This document shows, in pieces, positions 28,953 through 38,191 of a stretch of 64,000 nt of DNA. The DNA lies in contig OY761158.1 of NCBI GenBank assembly GCA_963664405.1, positions 2,048,001 to 2,112,000 on the forward strand, given 5' to 3'. A program made the position numbers and the translations under genes. The notes below the pieces were generated by a model. The model saw nothing but the letters and a program-made list of their open reading frames with translations, searched no databases and was not told the DNA's origin. The DNA is from Thermoanaerobaculia bacterium (GTDB lineage: Bacteria > Acidobacteriota > Thermoanaerobaculia > Multivoradales > Multivoraceae). Numbering within the stretch: position 1 is the stretch's first letter; every line of letters begins with the position of its first letter.

Positions 28953-30168
28953 CGATCACGCCGTCCTTCATCACCAGGGAGAGATCCCGCCCGTTGGAGG
29001 CCAGCAGGCCGAGGTTCTGTAGCGGATTCCCGGCGACCACCACGAGATCGGCCAGAGCACCCTCCCGCACCACACCGATCTCCCCCTCCTGTCCCAGGAT
29101 CTCGGCCCCCACCGCGGTCGCCGAGTGGAGAATCTCGAACGGCGAGAGTACCTCTGCCCGCATCGTGAACTCGGTGCCCTGTCGAGTGTGCATCTCGGCC
29201 AGAAGATCGGTGCCGAAGCCCAGCTTCAGCCCGGCTCGCTGCATCGTTTCCAGCCCTCCATAGGCGAGATCGATAATCGCCTCCATCTTGTCGAGGCTGG
29301 TCTGCCCGATACCCATCGCCCTGCCTTGCTCGCGGATCGCACCCATCACCGAGAAGGTGGGAACGATGAAGGCGCCCCGCTCCTTGACCTCTCCGGCGGT
29401 GCCCTCCGAGATCAGGGTCCCATGCTCGATAGTGCGCACGCCGAGTCGCACCGATCGCAGAACCGCTTCATCGGGATGACAGTGCGCCGCGACGTAGACG
29501 CCCCGCCGCTCGCACTCTTCGACGATGGCAGCAATCTCGGCATCCGAGTATTGACAGCGATCGATCGGGTCGCTTGGGCTCATCACTCCACCCGAGCCCA
29601 TGATCTTGATGTGATGCGCACCCTTGCGGAGCTCTTCGCGAACCGCCTTGGTGCACTCATCGACGCCGTCCGCCAGAATCGAGAGCTCGTTCTTCTGCGC
29701 TCCGCAGAGGCAGAGATCGTTACTGGGCAGGCCGGGACTGCGGAAGTCACCGTGGCCCCCGGTCTGCGACAGCGCCAAACCGCCGTAAAAGAAGCGTGGT
29801 CCCTCGACCCAACCCTTAGCAAGCGCCATCGCCAGCCCGTGGTCACCGCCGGCGATGTCACGCACGGTGGTGAATCCGCAATCGAGGATGTTGGCGAGGA
29901 ACGTGGCCGCGTAGTGCGCGTAATAGGTCGCCGGTCGATCACCGCTACCCAGTCGCACCGAATAGGCGTAGGCATGCACATGGCAATCGATCATGCCGGG
30001 CATCAGGGTTTTTCCGGCGCAGTCAACGACCTCCGCATCGGCGATCCCGATCGGCGCGTCGGAGACTTCCTTGATCCGGTTGCCCTCGACCAGAACGAAC
30101 ATCGGCTCCCGTACTTCGGGGCTGTGGCCGTCGAAGAGTGTGGCGTTCTCGAACAAGACTGTCGTCAT
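28927..30168 (-). CDS. Metal-dependent amidohydrolase (Xaa-Pro dipeptidase-like)
   Basis: MPGMIDCHVH, SQTGGHGD, IKIMGSGG, TIEHG, FGTD; start MTTVLF 16 bp from the IS end. Confidence 0.92.
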   Translation of the reverse strand: MTTVLFENATLFDGHSPEVREPMFVLVEGNRIKEVSDAPIGIADAEVVDCAGKTLMPGMIDCHVHAYAYSVRLGSGDRPATYYAHYAATFLANILDCGFTTVRDIAGGDHGLAMALAKGWVEGPRFFYGGLALSQTGGHGDFRSPGLPSNDLCLCGAQKNELSILADGVDECTKAVREELRKGAHHIKIMGSGGVMSPSDPIDRCQYSDAEIAAIVEECERRGVYVAAHCHPDEAVLRSVRLGVRTIEHGTLISEGTAGEVKERGAFIVPTFSVMGAIREQGRAMGIGQTSLDKMEAIIDLAYGGLETMQRAGLKLGFGTDLLAEMHTRQGTEFTMRAEVLSPFEILHSATAVGAEILGQEGEIGVVREGALADLVVVAGNPLQNLGLLASNGRDLSLVMKDGVIVRRGPRRP

Positions 30169-30231
30169 AGACTCTAGTGTCCTGGGCGGATTCAACTGGT
30201 CGTCGCAACATCTCGTGATGGAGGTGTTTCG

Positions 30232-31629
30232 ATGGGAGTTGGCAAGTGTCAGGGTGCGATTCGAGCGATGCGTGGCCAGATGCGGTCACCTGGCCGGCCC
30301 TCGACAGCGCGGCGCGAGGACCGGATCCGGTTCTGGGAGACGATCGCTCGTGGGGCGTCCAGCGAGGACGCCGCAACAGAGGCTGGGGTGTCGCCGGCTG
30401 TCGGGTCGAGATGGTTCAGGCAAGCTGGTGGAATGCGACCTATCTCGTTGGCTCCGGTGTCGGGGCGTTATCTGTCGTTCGCCGAGCGTGAAGAGATCGC
30501 CATCCTTCACGCTCAGCATGTTGGGGTACGTGAGATCGCTCGCCGCCTGGGTCGTTCACCGTCGACGATTTCGCGGGAGCTGCGCCGCAACGCGGCGACT
30601 CGCAGCCGTGCCGTAACTTATCGGGCCACGACTGCGCAGTGGCACGCGGAGCGGCGCGCCAGCCGTCCGAAGGTCTCCAAGCTTGCCGCGAACGATGCCT
30701 TGCGTGAGTACGTGCAGAACCGCCTCGCCGGCGTGATCGCAAGGCCTGACGGGGAGCTGGTGCCGGGTCCGGATGTGCGTTGGATCGGCCGTCGGCACGG
30801 CCGTCGCCAGGATCGGCGTTGGGCGAAATCCTGGAGTCCGGAGCAGATCTCGAACCGGCTTCGGATTGATTTCCCCCATAATGAGTCGATGCGGATCTCT
30901 CACGAGGCGATCTACCAAGCGCTCTACATCCAAGGTCGAGGAGCCCTCAAACGCGAGCTCGTCGCGTGCCTGCGAACCGGGCGAGCGCTACGAGTGCCGC
31001 ATGCGCGAACCCGGGGGAGAGGCAAGAAATTTGTAACTCCGGAGATCATGATCAGCGAACGCCCCGCCGAAGCCGGCGACAGGGCCGTGCCGGGTCACTG
31101 GGAAGGCGACCTGATCGTCGGGCTCGAGAGCTCAGCGATCGGGACCCTCGTCGAACGCACTACGCGGTTCACGATGCTGCTGCACCTGCCCCGCATGGAA
31201 GGGCACGGGACCGAATCGAGGGTGAAGAACGGGCCGGCCCTCGCCGGGCACGGCGCCGAAGCCGTCCGTGACGCGATCGCGGTGTCAATCACCACGCTGC
31301 CCGAGCAGCTCCGCCGGTCCTTGACCTGGGACCAGGGCGCCGAGATGGCTCAACACGCTCAACTCCGCGTCGATACCGGCCTCGCGATCTACTTCTGCGA
31401 CCCGCACAGCCCCTGGCAGCGGGGCACCAACGAGAACACCAACGGACTACTACGCCAGTACTTCCCGAAGGGCACCGACCTTGTCAGATACTCCTGCGAC
31501 GACCTCGCCGCGGTCGCGCTCGCACTCAACGGCCGACCCCGCAAGACCCTCGGCTGGAGAACCCCTGCCGAAGTCTTCGATGAGCTTGTACACTCTGCTC
31601 ACCAAGGCAACGCTGCGACGACTCCTTGA
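30232..31629 (+). CDS. IS30 family transposase
   Basis: LSFAEREEI, WSPEQIS, GHWEGDLI, TWDQGAEM, PWQRGTNENTNGLLRQYFPKG. Confidence 0.96.
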   Translation: MGVGKCQGAIRAMRGQMRSPGRPSTARREDRIRFWETIARGASSEDAATEAGVSPAVGSRWFRQAGGMRPISLAPVSGRYLSFAEREEIAILHAQHVGVREIARRLGRSPSTISRELRRNAATRSRAVTYRATTAQWHAERRASRPKVSKLAANDALREYVQNRLAGVIARPDGELVPGPDVRWIGRRHGRRQDRRWAKSWSPEQISNRLRIDFPHNESMRISHEAIYQALYIQGRGALKRELVACLRTGRALRVPHARTRGRGKKFVTPEIMISERPAEAGDRAVPGHWEGDLIVGLESSAIGTLVERTTRFTMLLHLPRMEGHGTESRVKNGPALAGHGAEAVRDAIAVSITTLPEQLRRSLTWDQGAEMAQHAQLRVDTGLAIYFCDPHSPWQRGTNENTNGLLRQYFPKGTDLVRYSCDDLAAVALALNGRPRKTLGWRTPAEVFDELVHSAHQGNAATTP

Positions 31630-31636
31630 ACCCAAG

Positions 31637-32050
31637 CAGTACGCCTCGAAGGCTTACCAGGATCGGCTGGCTGAGCTGCGGTTTCGCTGCAGCATGTCCG
31701 GCGTCGGAAATTGTTATGACAATGCGGTCTTGGAGAGCTTCTTCGACAGTCTCAAGACCGAGGTCTGGGACCGACCCTTCGAGACTCGTCAGCGAGCTCA
31801 CGACGAAGCGGTTTCTTACCTCGAAGTGTTCTACAACCTGAGACGCCAGCATTCGACGCTCGGATTCCTGAGCCCCGAGGCCTTCGAAGGGGCAGCGTGA
31901 ACTCACGCGCGACCGGCGGTCGGATCCGAAGGGAGGCTGCGCTCCCCGAACCTCGCACAGCCTCGTCCGAAGCTGACTACCCGAACTGATGCAGAATAGG
32001 AACTGCCCCGATGGGGCTTAACTTGGTGTCCACGAAACCGTGACCGCTCA
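31637..32050 (+). pseudogene. IS3-family 3' fragment carried as passenger
   Basis: QYAS...SMSGVGNCYDNAVLESFFDSLKTE...FYNLRRQHSTLGFLSP*, then IS3-type end TGTCCACGAAACCGTGACCGCTCA. Confidence 0.9.
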
Positions 32051-32128
32051 GAACCCCTGCCGAAGTCTTCGATGAGTTTGTACACTCTGCTCACCAAGGC
32101 AACGTTGCGACGACCCCTTGAACCCAAG

Positions 32129-32286
32129 CTCTACCCGTAGTTCGTTGTGCAAATCGCGCCGTCATTTTGGGTGCTGCCAAGGCGCACCGACGAAGTCATA
32201 TCGGGAATATTTCGAGGAGGTGGAACGACGGCAGCGCGCAAAAGGGCCAGCGAGTTGCGTAACGTACTGCGGGTAGAGGACACTAG
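32129..32286 (+). repeat. ERIC-like rod-shaped element E3 (first 10 bp displaced to 30174-30183 by the IS)
   Basis: CTCTACCCGTAG.../...CTGCGGGTAGAGGACACTAG arms; core close to E2. Confidence 0.82.
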
Positions 32287-32292
32287 CTTCTC

Positions 32293-33915
32293 ATGACGGT
32301 GGACAAGTCCAAGTGGGTCGTCGGCAAGGTGCTGGCCGAACAGGCTCGGGTGCGGGGTGACCGCCCCTTCATACAGTTCGAAGACGGTGAGCCGGTTACC
32401 TACGCCGAGGCGCACGAGCTCACCAATCGCGTCGGCAACGCACTCGCCAAAGAGGGCGTGAGCTTTGGCGAGAACGTGGCGGTGATGCTTCACAATCGCC
32501 TGGAGCATCTGTGGTCGTGGTTCGGCTTGAATCGCATCGGCGCGGTCCATGTCGCTATCAATACCGCCTACAAGGGCAGTTTCCTGACCCATGTACTTGC
32601 CAATGCCGGATCCCGCTTCGGCATCATGGAGCGCGAGTTTCTGCCCTGGCTCGCCGACATCGAAGACACGGTACCCGCCATGCAGACGGTCTTCGTGCCG
32701 GGGCCGCCGCTCGAAGCGGAGGACACTCCGCCCTTCCGGCACATCGAGGTTCGCCACTTCGACGAGCTCCTAGAGGGCGCGCCCAACGACATCGAGGTAG
32801 AGGTCAGCTACCGGGATACCGGAATGATCATGTACACCTCCGGCACCACCGGACCATCAAAGGGTGTGGTGATGCCCCACGGCCATCTCTATCTCTTCGG
32901 CTTGGGCATGAAGAAATTCACCGACCTCGGGCCCGAGGACCGTTACTACATCTGTATGCCGCTCTTTCATGCCCAAGGTAGCCTGATGCAGACCTACGGA
33001 ACCCTCCTGGCAGGCGCCAGCGCTGTCATGGTGAAGCAGTTCAGCGCCACCAAGTGGATCGACGACATCCGGAAGTACGAGGCTACGATCACCAACTCAC
33101 TCGGCGTGATGAACGACTTCATCTTGCGACAGCCCCCCAAACCCACCGATCGAGACAACAAACTACGCATGATGTCCGCCCTCCCGGTGACGGAGGAAAC
33201 TCTCGAGCAGTTGCGCGAGCGTTTCGCGATCCCCAAATTCAACGAGCTCTTCGGAATGACCGAGGTGAACCTCCCGATCTGGCGCCCACTCGACGCCCCC
33301 GATGAAGCCGGCTGCTCCGGCAAGGTATGGGACGAGTACTTCGAGGTCATCATCGCCGACCCCGATACGGACGAAGAGCTCCCCGTCGGCACAGTGGGCG
33401 AGATCCTGGTGCGGCCGAAAGAGCCCTATTGCTTCATGCAGGGCTACAACGGAATGCCGGATCGAACTGTTACGACCTGGCGCAACTTCTGGTTTCACAC
33501 CGGTGACGCCGCACGCTTCGATGAGCGCGGCTTCCTCTGGTACATCGACCGCATCAAGGACACCATCCGGCGACGCGGCGAGAACATCTCCTCCTACGAA
33601 GTGGAAGCGGTCCTCCTCGAGCATCCCGCGGTGGAAGAGGTCGCCGCGGTAGCGGTAAGAGCCGAAGAGGGAGGCGAGGACGAGGTCCTGGCCTGCCTCG
33701 TCTTAGCCCAGGGAGTGGAAAGACCCGCGCCGGAAGCGATCCTCGACTTCTGTCTACCGCGAATGCCCTACTTCGCCGTGCCACGTTACGTCGAATATCT
33801 GGACGAGATCCCCAAGACCCCGACTCAGAAGATCCAAAAGAACAAGCTCCGCGAGCGCGGGCTGAGCGCCACCACCTGGGACCGCGAGGCAGTGGGCTAC
33901 AAGGTACGTCGCTGA
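32293..33915 (+). CDS. ATP-dependent acyl-CoA ligase (CaiC-like)
   Basis: YTSGTTGPSKG, FGMTE, WFHTGD, IRRRGENISSYEVE. Confidence 0.93.
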   Translation: MTVDKSKWVVGKVLAEQARVRGDRPFIQFEDGEPVTYAEAHELTNRVGNALAKEGVSFGENVAVMLHNRLEHLWSWFGLNRIGAVHVAINTAYKGSFLTHVLANAGSRFGIMEREFLPWLADIEDTVPAMQTVFVPGPPLEAEDTPPFRHIEVRHFDELLEGAPNDIEVEVSYRDTGMIMYTSGTTGPSKGVVMPHGHLYLFGLGMKKFTDLGPEDRYYICMPLFHAQGSLMQTYGTLLAGASAVMVKQFSATKWIDDIRKYEATITNSLGVMNDFILRQPPKPTDRDNKLRMMSALPVTEETLEQLRERFAIPKFNELFGMTEVNLPIWRPLDAPDEAGCSGKVWDEYFEVIIADPDTDEELPVGTVGEILVRPKEPYCFMQGYNGMPDRTVTTWRNFWFHTGDAARFDERGFLWYIDRIKDTIRRRGENISSYEVEAVLLEHPAVEEVAAVAVRAEEGGEDEVLACLVLAQGVERPAPEAILDFCLPRMPYFAVPRYVEYLDEIPKTPTQKIQKNKLRERGLSATTWDREAVGYKVRR

Positions 33916-33956
33916 ATCGCAAGATTCAGCCCGAAAGGGTGCTCGGACTTGGCCGT

Positions 33957-34211
33957 CTACCGATACACCTCTTTGCGATGTCCGATGCGGACGACCAAGA
34001 TCGTGAGCTCCTGGTGGATGGCTTCGTAGATGATTCGGTAGCGTCCCACGCGAAGCCGCCGAAGACCTCCGAACTCTCCTTTGAGGGCCGCCCCAGCAGA
34101 CGGCTCGTCGGCCAGTCGATCGATCGCTTCGACCAACCGGATCCGCTCTGGGACGTCGATCTTCCGAAGGGCCTTCGCGGCGCTACTCCTGATCTTGATC
34201 GAGTAGCTCAC
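33957..34211 (-). CDS. RelE/ParE family toxin
   Basis: RRLRVGRYRIIY...VVRIGHRKEVYR. Confidence 0.92.
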   Translation of the reverse strand: MSYSIKIRSSAAKALRKIDVPERIRLVEAIDRLADEPSAGAALKGEFGGLRRLRVGRYRIIYEAIHQELTILVVRIGHRKEVYR

Positions 34212-34410
34212 GCTTGACTTCTTCCCAGTCGAGCACGGGGTCGGCCGGGTCGTTGAGCCTGTCCAGGGCCAGTCGGAGATCCTCGAAGTCGTCGAGGTAG
34301 TACTCGAGGGCTTGCCTGAGTAGCTGCGCTCTCGAGCGATTCAACTGACTAGCCGCACGATCCGCCTTCTCGACGAGCTCATCGGGGAGTCTTGCTGTTA
34401 CTTGCCTCAT
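34183..34410 (-). CDS. Ribbon-helix-helix antitoxin
   Basis: RQVTARLPDEL...RSRAQLLRQALEYYLDDFED...WEEVK; overlaps the toxin start. Confidence 0.85.
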   Translation of the reverse strand: MRQVTARLPDELVEKADRAASQLNRSRAQLLRQALEYYLDDFEDLRLALDRLNDPADPVLDWEEVKRELLDQDQE

Positions 34411-34524
34411 GGTTGCGCCTCCGACTCAACATGATGTCTTTGACTTCGATCGAAGTCAAGTTAGTTCGCTCTTCTTCCAGAGCCACGATGGCCGTGGGCG
34501 CGCTCTGTCTGAACGATCTACTCT

Positions 34525-34700
34525 TCAGCTGGCTCGCCGCAGGCCACTGGGGGTGTACCCGAAGGCGTTCTTGAACGCCCGGGTCAGGATCTGGGCAGAG
34601 GAAAAACCTACCTGGCCGGCGATCTGTTCGATCGAAACGGCGGTGTACCGGGCCAGCTGGTGGGCTTTCAGCAGGCGCCAGCGGTTGAGGTATTCGATCG
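34525..34700 (-). pseudogene. AraC-family HTH C-terminal fragment
   Basis: EYLNRWRLLKAHQL...SIEQIAGQVGFSS...RAFKNAFGYTPSGLR*. Confidence 0.8.
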
Positions 34701-34950
34701 CGGGCCTTCGCCCAACGCCGGCTCTCCCCGCGTATGCAGCGGCCAAGGCCGGCGTGATCCATCTCACCGGTACGCTGGCGCTCGAGCTCGCCCCCAAGAA
34801 GATCCGCGTCAACGCGATCTGCCCTGGCCTGGTATGGACGCGAAGATAGGGCGGCTCGCCGCGTTCCTGGCGAGCACCGATGCGGCGACCATCACCGGCC
34901 AGGCGATCAGCGTCGACGGCGGCATCCTCCTCGCCGGGCGTGCTCTGTGA
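34701..34950 (+). pseudogene. SDR C-terminal fragment with internal deletion
   Basis: YAAAKAGVIHLT...IRVNAICPGLVWT, then shifted frame IGRLAAFLAS...ITGQAISVDGG. Confidence 0.8.
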
Positions 34951-36105
34951 CGGCACCCAGCACCGACGAACGGCCGATCCCTCCTCGCACGCACCGACCG
35001 CGGAGATCCTCTCGAGCTCACGCACGACGATGCCCTCCGAGATCTCGGCATGGATCTTGGTCGCCAGGTCTCCGGCGGCGGCAGCGAAGTCCGGCTCGGC
35101 GAGAACGCGCGTGAGCGCCGCCTCGATCTCTGCGGAGGAAGCCTCGCGATCGAGTACCAGCCCGGCACCATGCCAGCTGGCTCGAGCTCCGTTCTCGGCC
35201 TGATCGCGCCCGAGAGGGAGGCACACGACCGGAACGCCTGCGGCCAGGGCTTTGAGCACGCTGCCGTGCCCCCCATGGGTCACCATGGCGGCGGCACGCT
35301 GCAGGATCGGAGCGTGAGGAGCCGTGGCGACGATCTCCACGTTCTCGGCCGCCTCGAAGTCAGATGGCTCAAACATCCCTCCCAGCGTCACGATCGCCTG
35401 GACGTCGAGCTCTCCAAGAGCTGCGATCGACCGGCGGTAGACGTCGAGCTGATCCTGAAACGAGGATCCGAGGGACACCAGCACGAGAGGTCGGTCGCCG
35501 CCCGAGGACGACCACGATGTCGTTTCGGACCACACCGGGTCGTCGAGCACCGGTCCGGCGAAGAGGGTGCGCTCCGGCAGCGCGTAGGGATAGTCGAAGT
35601 GTCGACTGGTCAGCAGTAGGACGAGGGATGCCCGGTCCCATTCCTCCCACGGATGGCTGGTCGCAGGCAGCCCGAGCTCCTGCCGCGCGGGGTCGAGAGC
35701 CGGCTGTCCGGCCGCGAAGGCCAGTCGCGCGGCCTCCCAGATCTCGGCATCGCGGGCCTCACCTTCCTCGCCCTCCAGAGGAAGCAGGCCGGGGCCGAAG
35801 CCCGGCCGACCGGGAGCCCACCGCAGGTCCACGTTCGGGAAGAGGACGACCGACGGCAGCCCACACCTCTCGGCTCCGAGCAGGGCACCGAACACCAACG
35901 CACAGCCGACCACGACGTCGACTGGATCGCGAGCGTGGCACGCCATGACATCCCGCGCCACACCGTGAGCGGGGCCGCACATGAAGCCGCGCACCCCGGC
36001 ACTGATGCACTCTAGGGGATCGGCGATCGTCCAGTCCTTGACCGGATCGTCCTCCGGGCCGCGAGTCGCCCGATTCGGCGCCTCCTGGTAGCCGACGAAG
36101 GTCGA
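34951..36105 (-). pseudogene. MGT/UDP-glycosyltransferase (GT1), 5'-truncated
   Basis: VLVSLGS, PHAPIL...VTHGGHGSVLKALAAGVP...GRDQAENG; in-frame stop just upstream of 36105, N-terminus missing. Confidence 0.78.
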
Positions 36106-36609
36106 TCAGGCCTAGGATCCGCGCATCCCGACCGACCGATCCGCCTTTCGACACCGACTACTGATCGTGACGCTCGCGATCGTGCTGTCGAGCCCCGCTC
36201 TCGCCCAGTACGGGACCCGCGGCGGGGAGTTCCGTCCTGATTGCGCTAGGGCGCCCTGACTGTAGGTGACGACAATCTACTCGGGCGTCTCTCCCGTCGT
36301 GACCCAGCGGTCATCACGACTCCTGGCTGGCCGGCTCTTCCGGCTGCGCACCGCGATCGCCGCCCCCGCCAACCACCGTCGGGGTAGCGCTCCGTCCACT
36401 CCACCAGCTTGTCGACCGCCGTCCAGCATCAGCGGCGTGCCTCGAAAGTGCCCCGGCTCGATCGGACTCGCACCCTCAGGCAGGCGCTCGTCGGCGGACA
36501 GCTCTGAACGACATGAGGTGCCGGAGTCTACGAGAAGGGCCGGTGTGTGCAGAACGTCTCGAAAAGGCTCTCGAGAAACTCGCGCCTTCCGTGCGGCTCT
36601 GACCTCTTG

Positions 36610-37395
36610 CTAGGCGGAAGCTCCGGAATAGTGCCGCAGGCCGAGCTTCCAGAAGCGCCGTGAGACAAAGAGGAAGGCTGCGGCCAGCGCCACCGCGACG
36701 CTCAGGGTCAGCGGCGAAAGACGACCGGTGAGCGCCTGGGCGGGGACGCTCACGGCAAAGACGATAGGAACCAGCGCCGTCAGGCTCCATCGCAGCCAGG
36801 GAGGGTAGATACCGATCGGCCAGCGCCCCGCGACATACATGCTCCAGAAGATCATCATCACGTTCTCGATGCGGATGAACCAGAAGCAGAGGGTCGCCAG
36901 AATGATCCAGAAGCTGTAGACGATCGCCGCTCCGCATCCGAACGCCAGCAGGAACTGGAGCGCCTCGACGACCGACACCGTCTCGGCCAAGCGATACAGC
37001 GATACGGCCAGCAGGACTCCGCCGAGGAAGACCTCCCCGATCTTCCAGATCTGGAACTCCGAGATGCTGACCAAGAGCTGAGCGTCCGCGGGTTTGGTGA
37101 TCGTGAAGTCGAGCTGGCCCATCCTCACCTCGCCCATGAAGCGGGTCAGCGAAGGCGCGATCACCATGTTGATGGCACCGAGCATCATGAAGTAGATCCC
37201 GAGCAGTGCGAGCAGCTCCCAGGGGCCCCATCCGGCGAGGCTCTCGGTCTGGCGAAAGACCAGAAAGACAGCTATCAGCGCGGTCGACATATTGAGCAGC
37301 GTCTCGAAAGTCTGGATCCAGAAGTTGGACCGATAGGCCATCTCGTTCATCGCCCCGATACGGAAGAAGACGAGGATGAGACGCAGCACGTTCAT
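36610..37395 (-). CDS. ABC-2 family permease (DUF990 type)
   Basis: MAYRSNF, GQLDFTITKP, RWPIGIYP. Confidence 0.88.
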   Translation of the reverse strand: MNVLRLILVFFRIGAMNEMAYRSNFWIQTFETLLNMSTALIAVFLVFRQTESLAGWGPWELLALLGIYFMMLGAINMVIAPSLTRFMGEVRMGQLDFTITKPADAQLLVSISEFQIWKIGEVFLGGVLLAVSLYRLAETVSVVEALQFLLAFGCGAAIVYSFWIILATLCFWFIRIENVMMIFWSMYVAGRWPIGIYPPWLRWSLTALVPIVFAVSVPAQALTGRLSPLTLSVAVALAAAFLFVSRRFWKLGLRHYSGASA

Positions 37396-38186
37396 CCGCC
37401 CACCGCCGAGAATCTACGCACCGCAAAGCGCCAGCCACCGGCGAGAACCGCCAGAACCAGGAGTGTCCACACCAGCTGCATGCCGAGGCCATGGATAACC
37501 TCCTGCGGCGAGAGACGGCCGATGATCACCTCGACCGGAAATGCCGCCACCCAATAGAAGGGCAGGCCCTCGCCGACTCTCTGCAGCCAGGGCGGCAGCA
37601 GGTCGACCGGAGCGACCCGGCCCGAGAAGACCAGCAGCAAGGCGAAGTACATCTGATTGATGGCGGTGGTTCGAGTGGTCCAGAAGGCGGCAAGCGCCAG
37701 GGTCCAACCAAGGAAGAAGCGCAAAAAGATCGCCAGGATCAGCGCCGGCAGCGCGGCCACCACAGCCCAGGGCTCGGTCTCGAAGGTGGGTCGGAACCAC
37801 AAGGCCAAGATCGCCACCGCCGGCACCATCACCACCATCATCACCAATTTGTAGGCGAAGTTGTCGGCCAGGTCGCCGTGGATCGGATGCACAGGGCGCA
37901 ACAACAAGAAGGAGAACTGCCCTTCCTGGATACGCCACTGAAACTCGTGCATGATCCAGGTGAAGGTGAGGTGGTTCACCAGCATCAGAGTGAGGTAGTA
38001 ACCGGCGAACTGAGAAACAGAGTAACCGGCGACTTCCCCACCCTGCGCGTTGGCAACCGTCGACCAAACGATGAGAAAGATGACCGGATCGAGCACGCCT
38101 CCGATCATCCAGATGATGCCGGAGGCTCGATATTGAACCTGGACCGCGACGCCGATCCTGAACAGGGTGCGGTAGAGGCCGAACAC
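37392..38186 (-). CDS. ABC-2 family permease (DUF990 type)
   Basis: QYR, IQEGQFSFLLLRPV, FSGRVAPVDLLP. Confidence 0.88.
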   Translation of the reverse strand: MFGLYRTLFRIGVAVQVQYRASGIIWMIGGVLDPVIFLIVWSTVANAQGGEVAGYSVSQFAGYYLTLMLVNHLTFTWIMHEFQWRIQEGQFSFLLLRPVHPIHGDLADNFAYKLVMMVVMVPAVAILALWFRPTFETEPWAVVAALPALILAIFLRFFLGWTLALAAFWTTRTTAINQMYFALLLVFSGRVAPVDLLPPWLQRVGEGLPFYWVAAFPVEVIIGRLSPQEVIHGLGMQLVWTLLVLAVLAGGWRFAVRRFSAVGG

Positions 38187-38191
38187 GAGGA

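Larger units (their letters stand above)
30185..32128 (+). mobile_element. Composite IS30-family element, copy 1 (1944 bp)
   Basis: Left end GGCGGATTCAACTGGTCGTCGCAAC; two right ends (31559-31636, 32051-32128); matches the reverse complement of 60948-62891. Confidence 0.93.

Noticed and set aside
31481-31900. Functional second transposase or IS30-IS3 fusion
   Set aside because: It is in a different frame from the IS30 tnp and contains only the IS3 region after the second catalytic Asp.
32118-32150. Hybrid promoter from the IS outward -35 (TTGAAC)
   Set aside because: No credible -10 at 16-18 bp spacing on either IS end.
34525-35994. 489-aa glycosyltransferase-AraC fusion protein
   Set aside because: The linker is the antisense of an SDR fragment and the GT lacks its N-terminus; this is chance read-through of debris.
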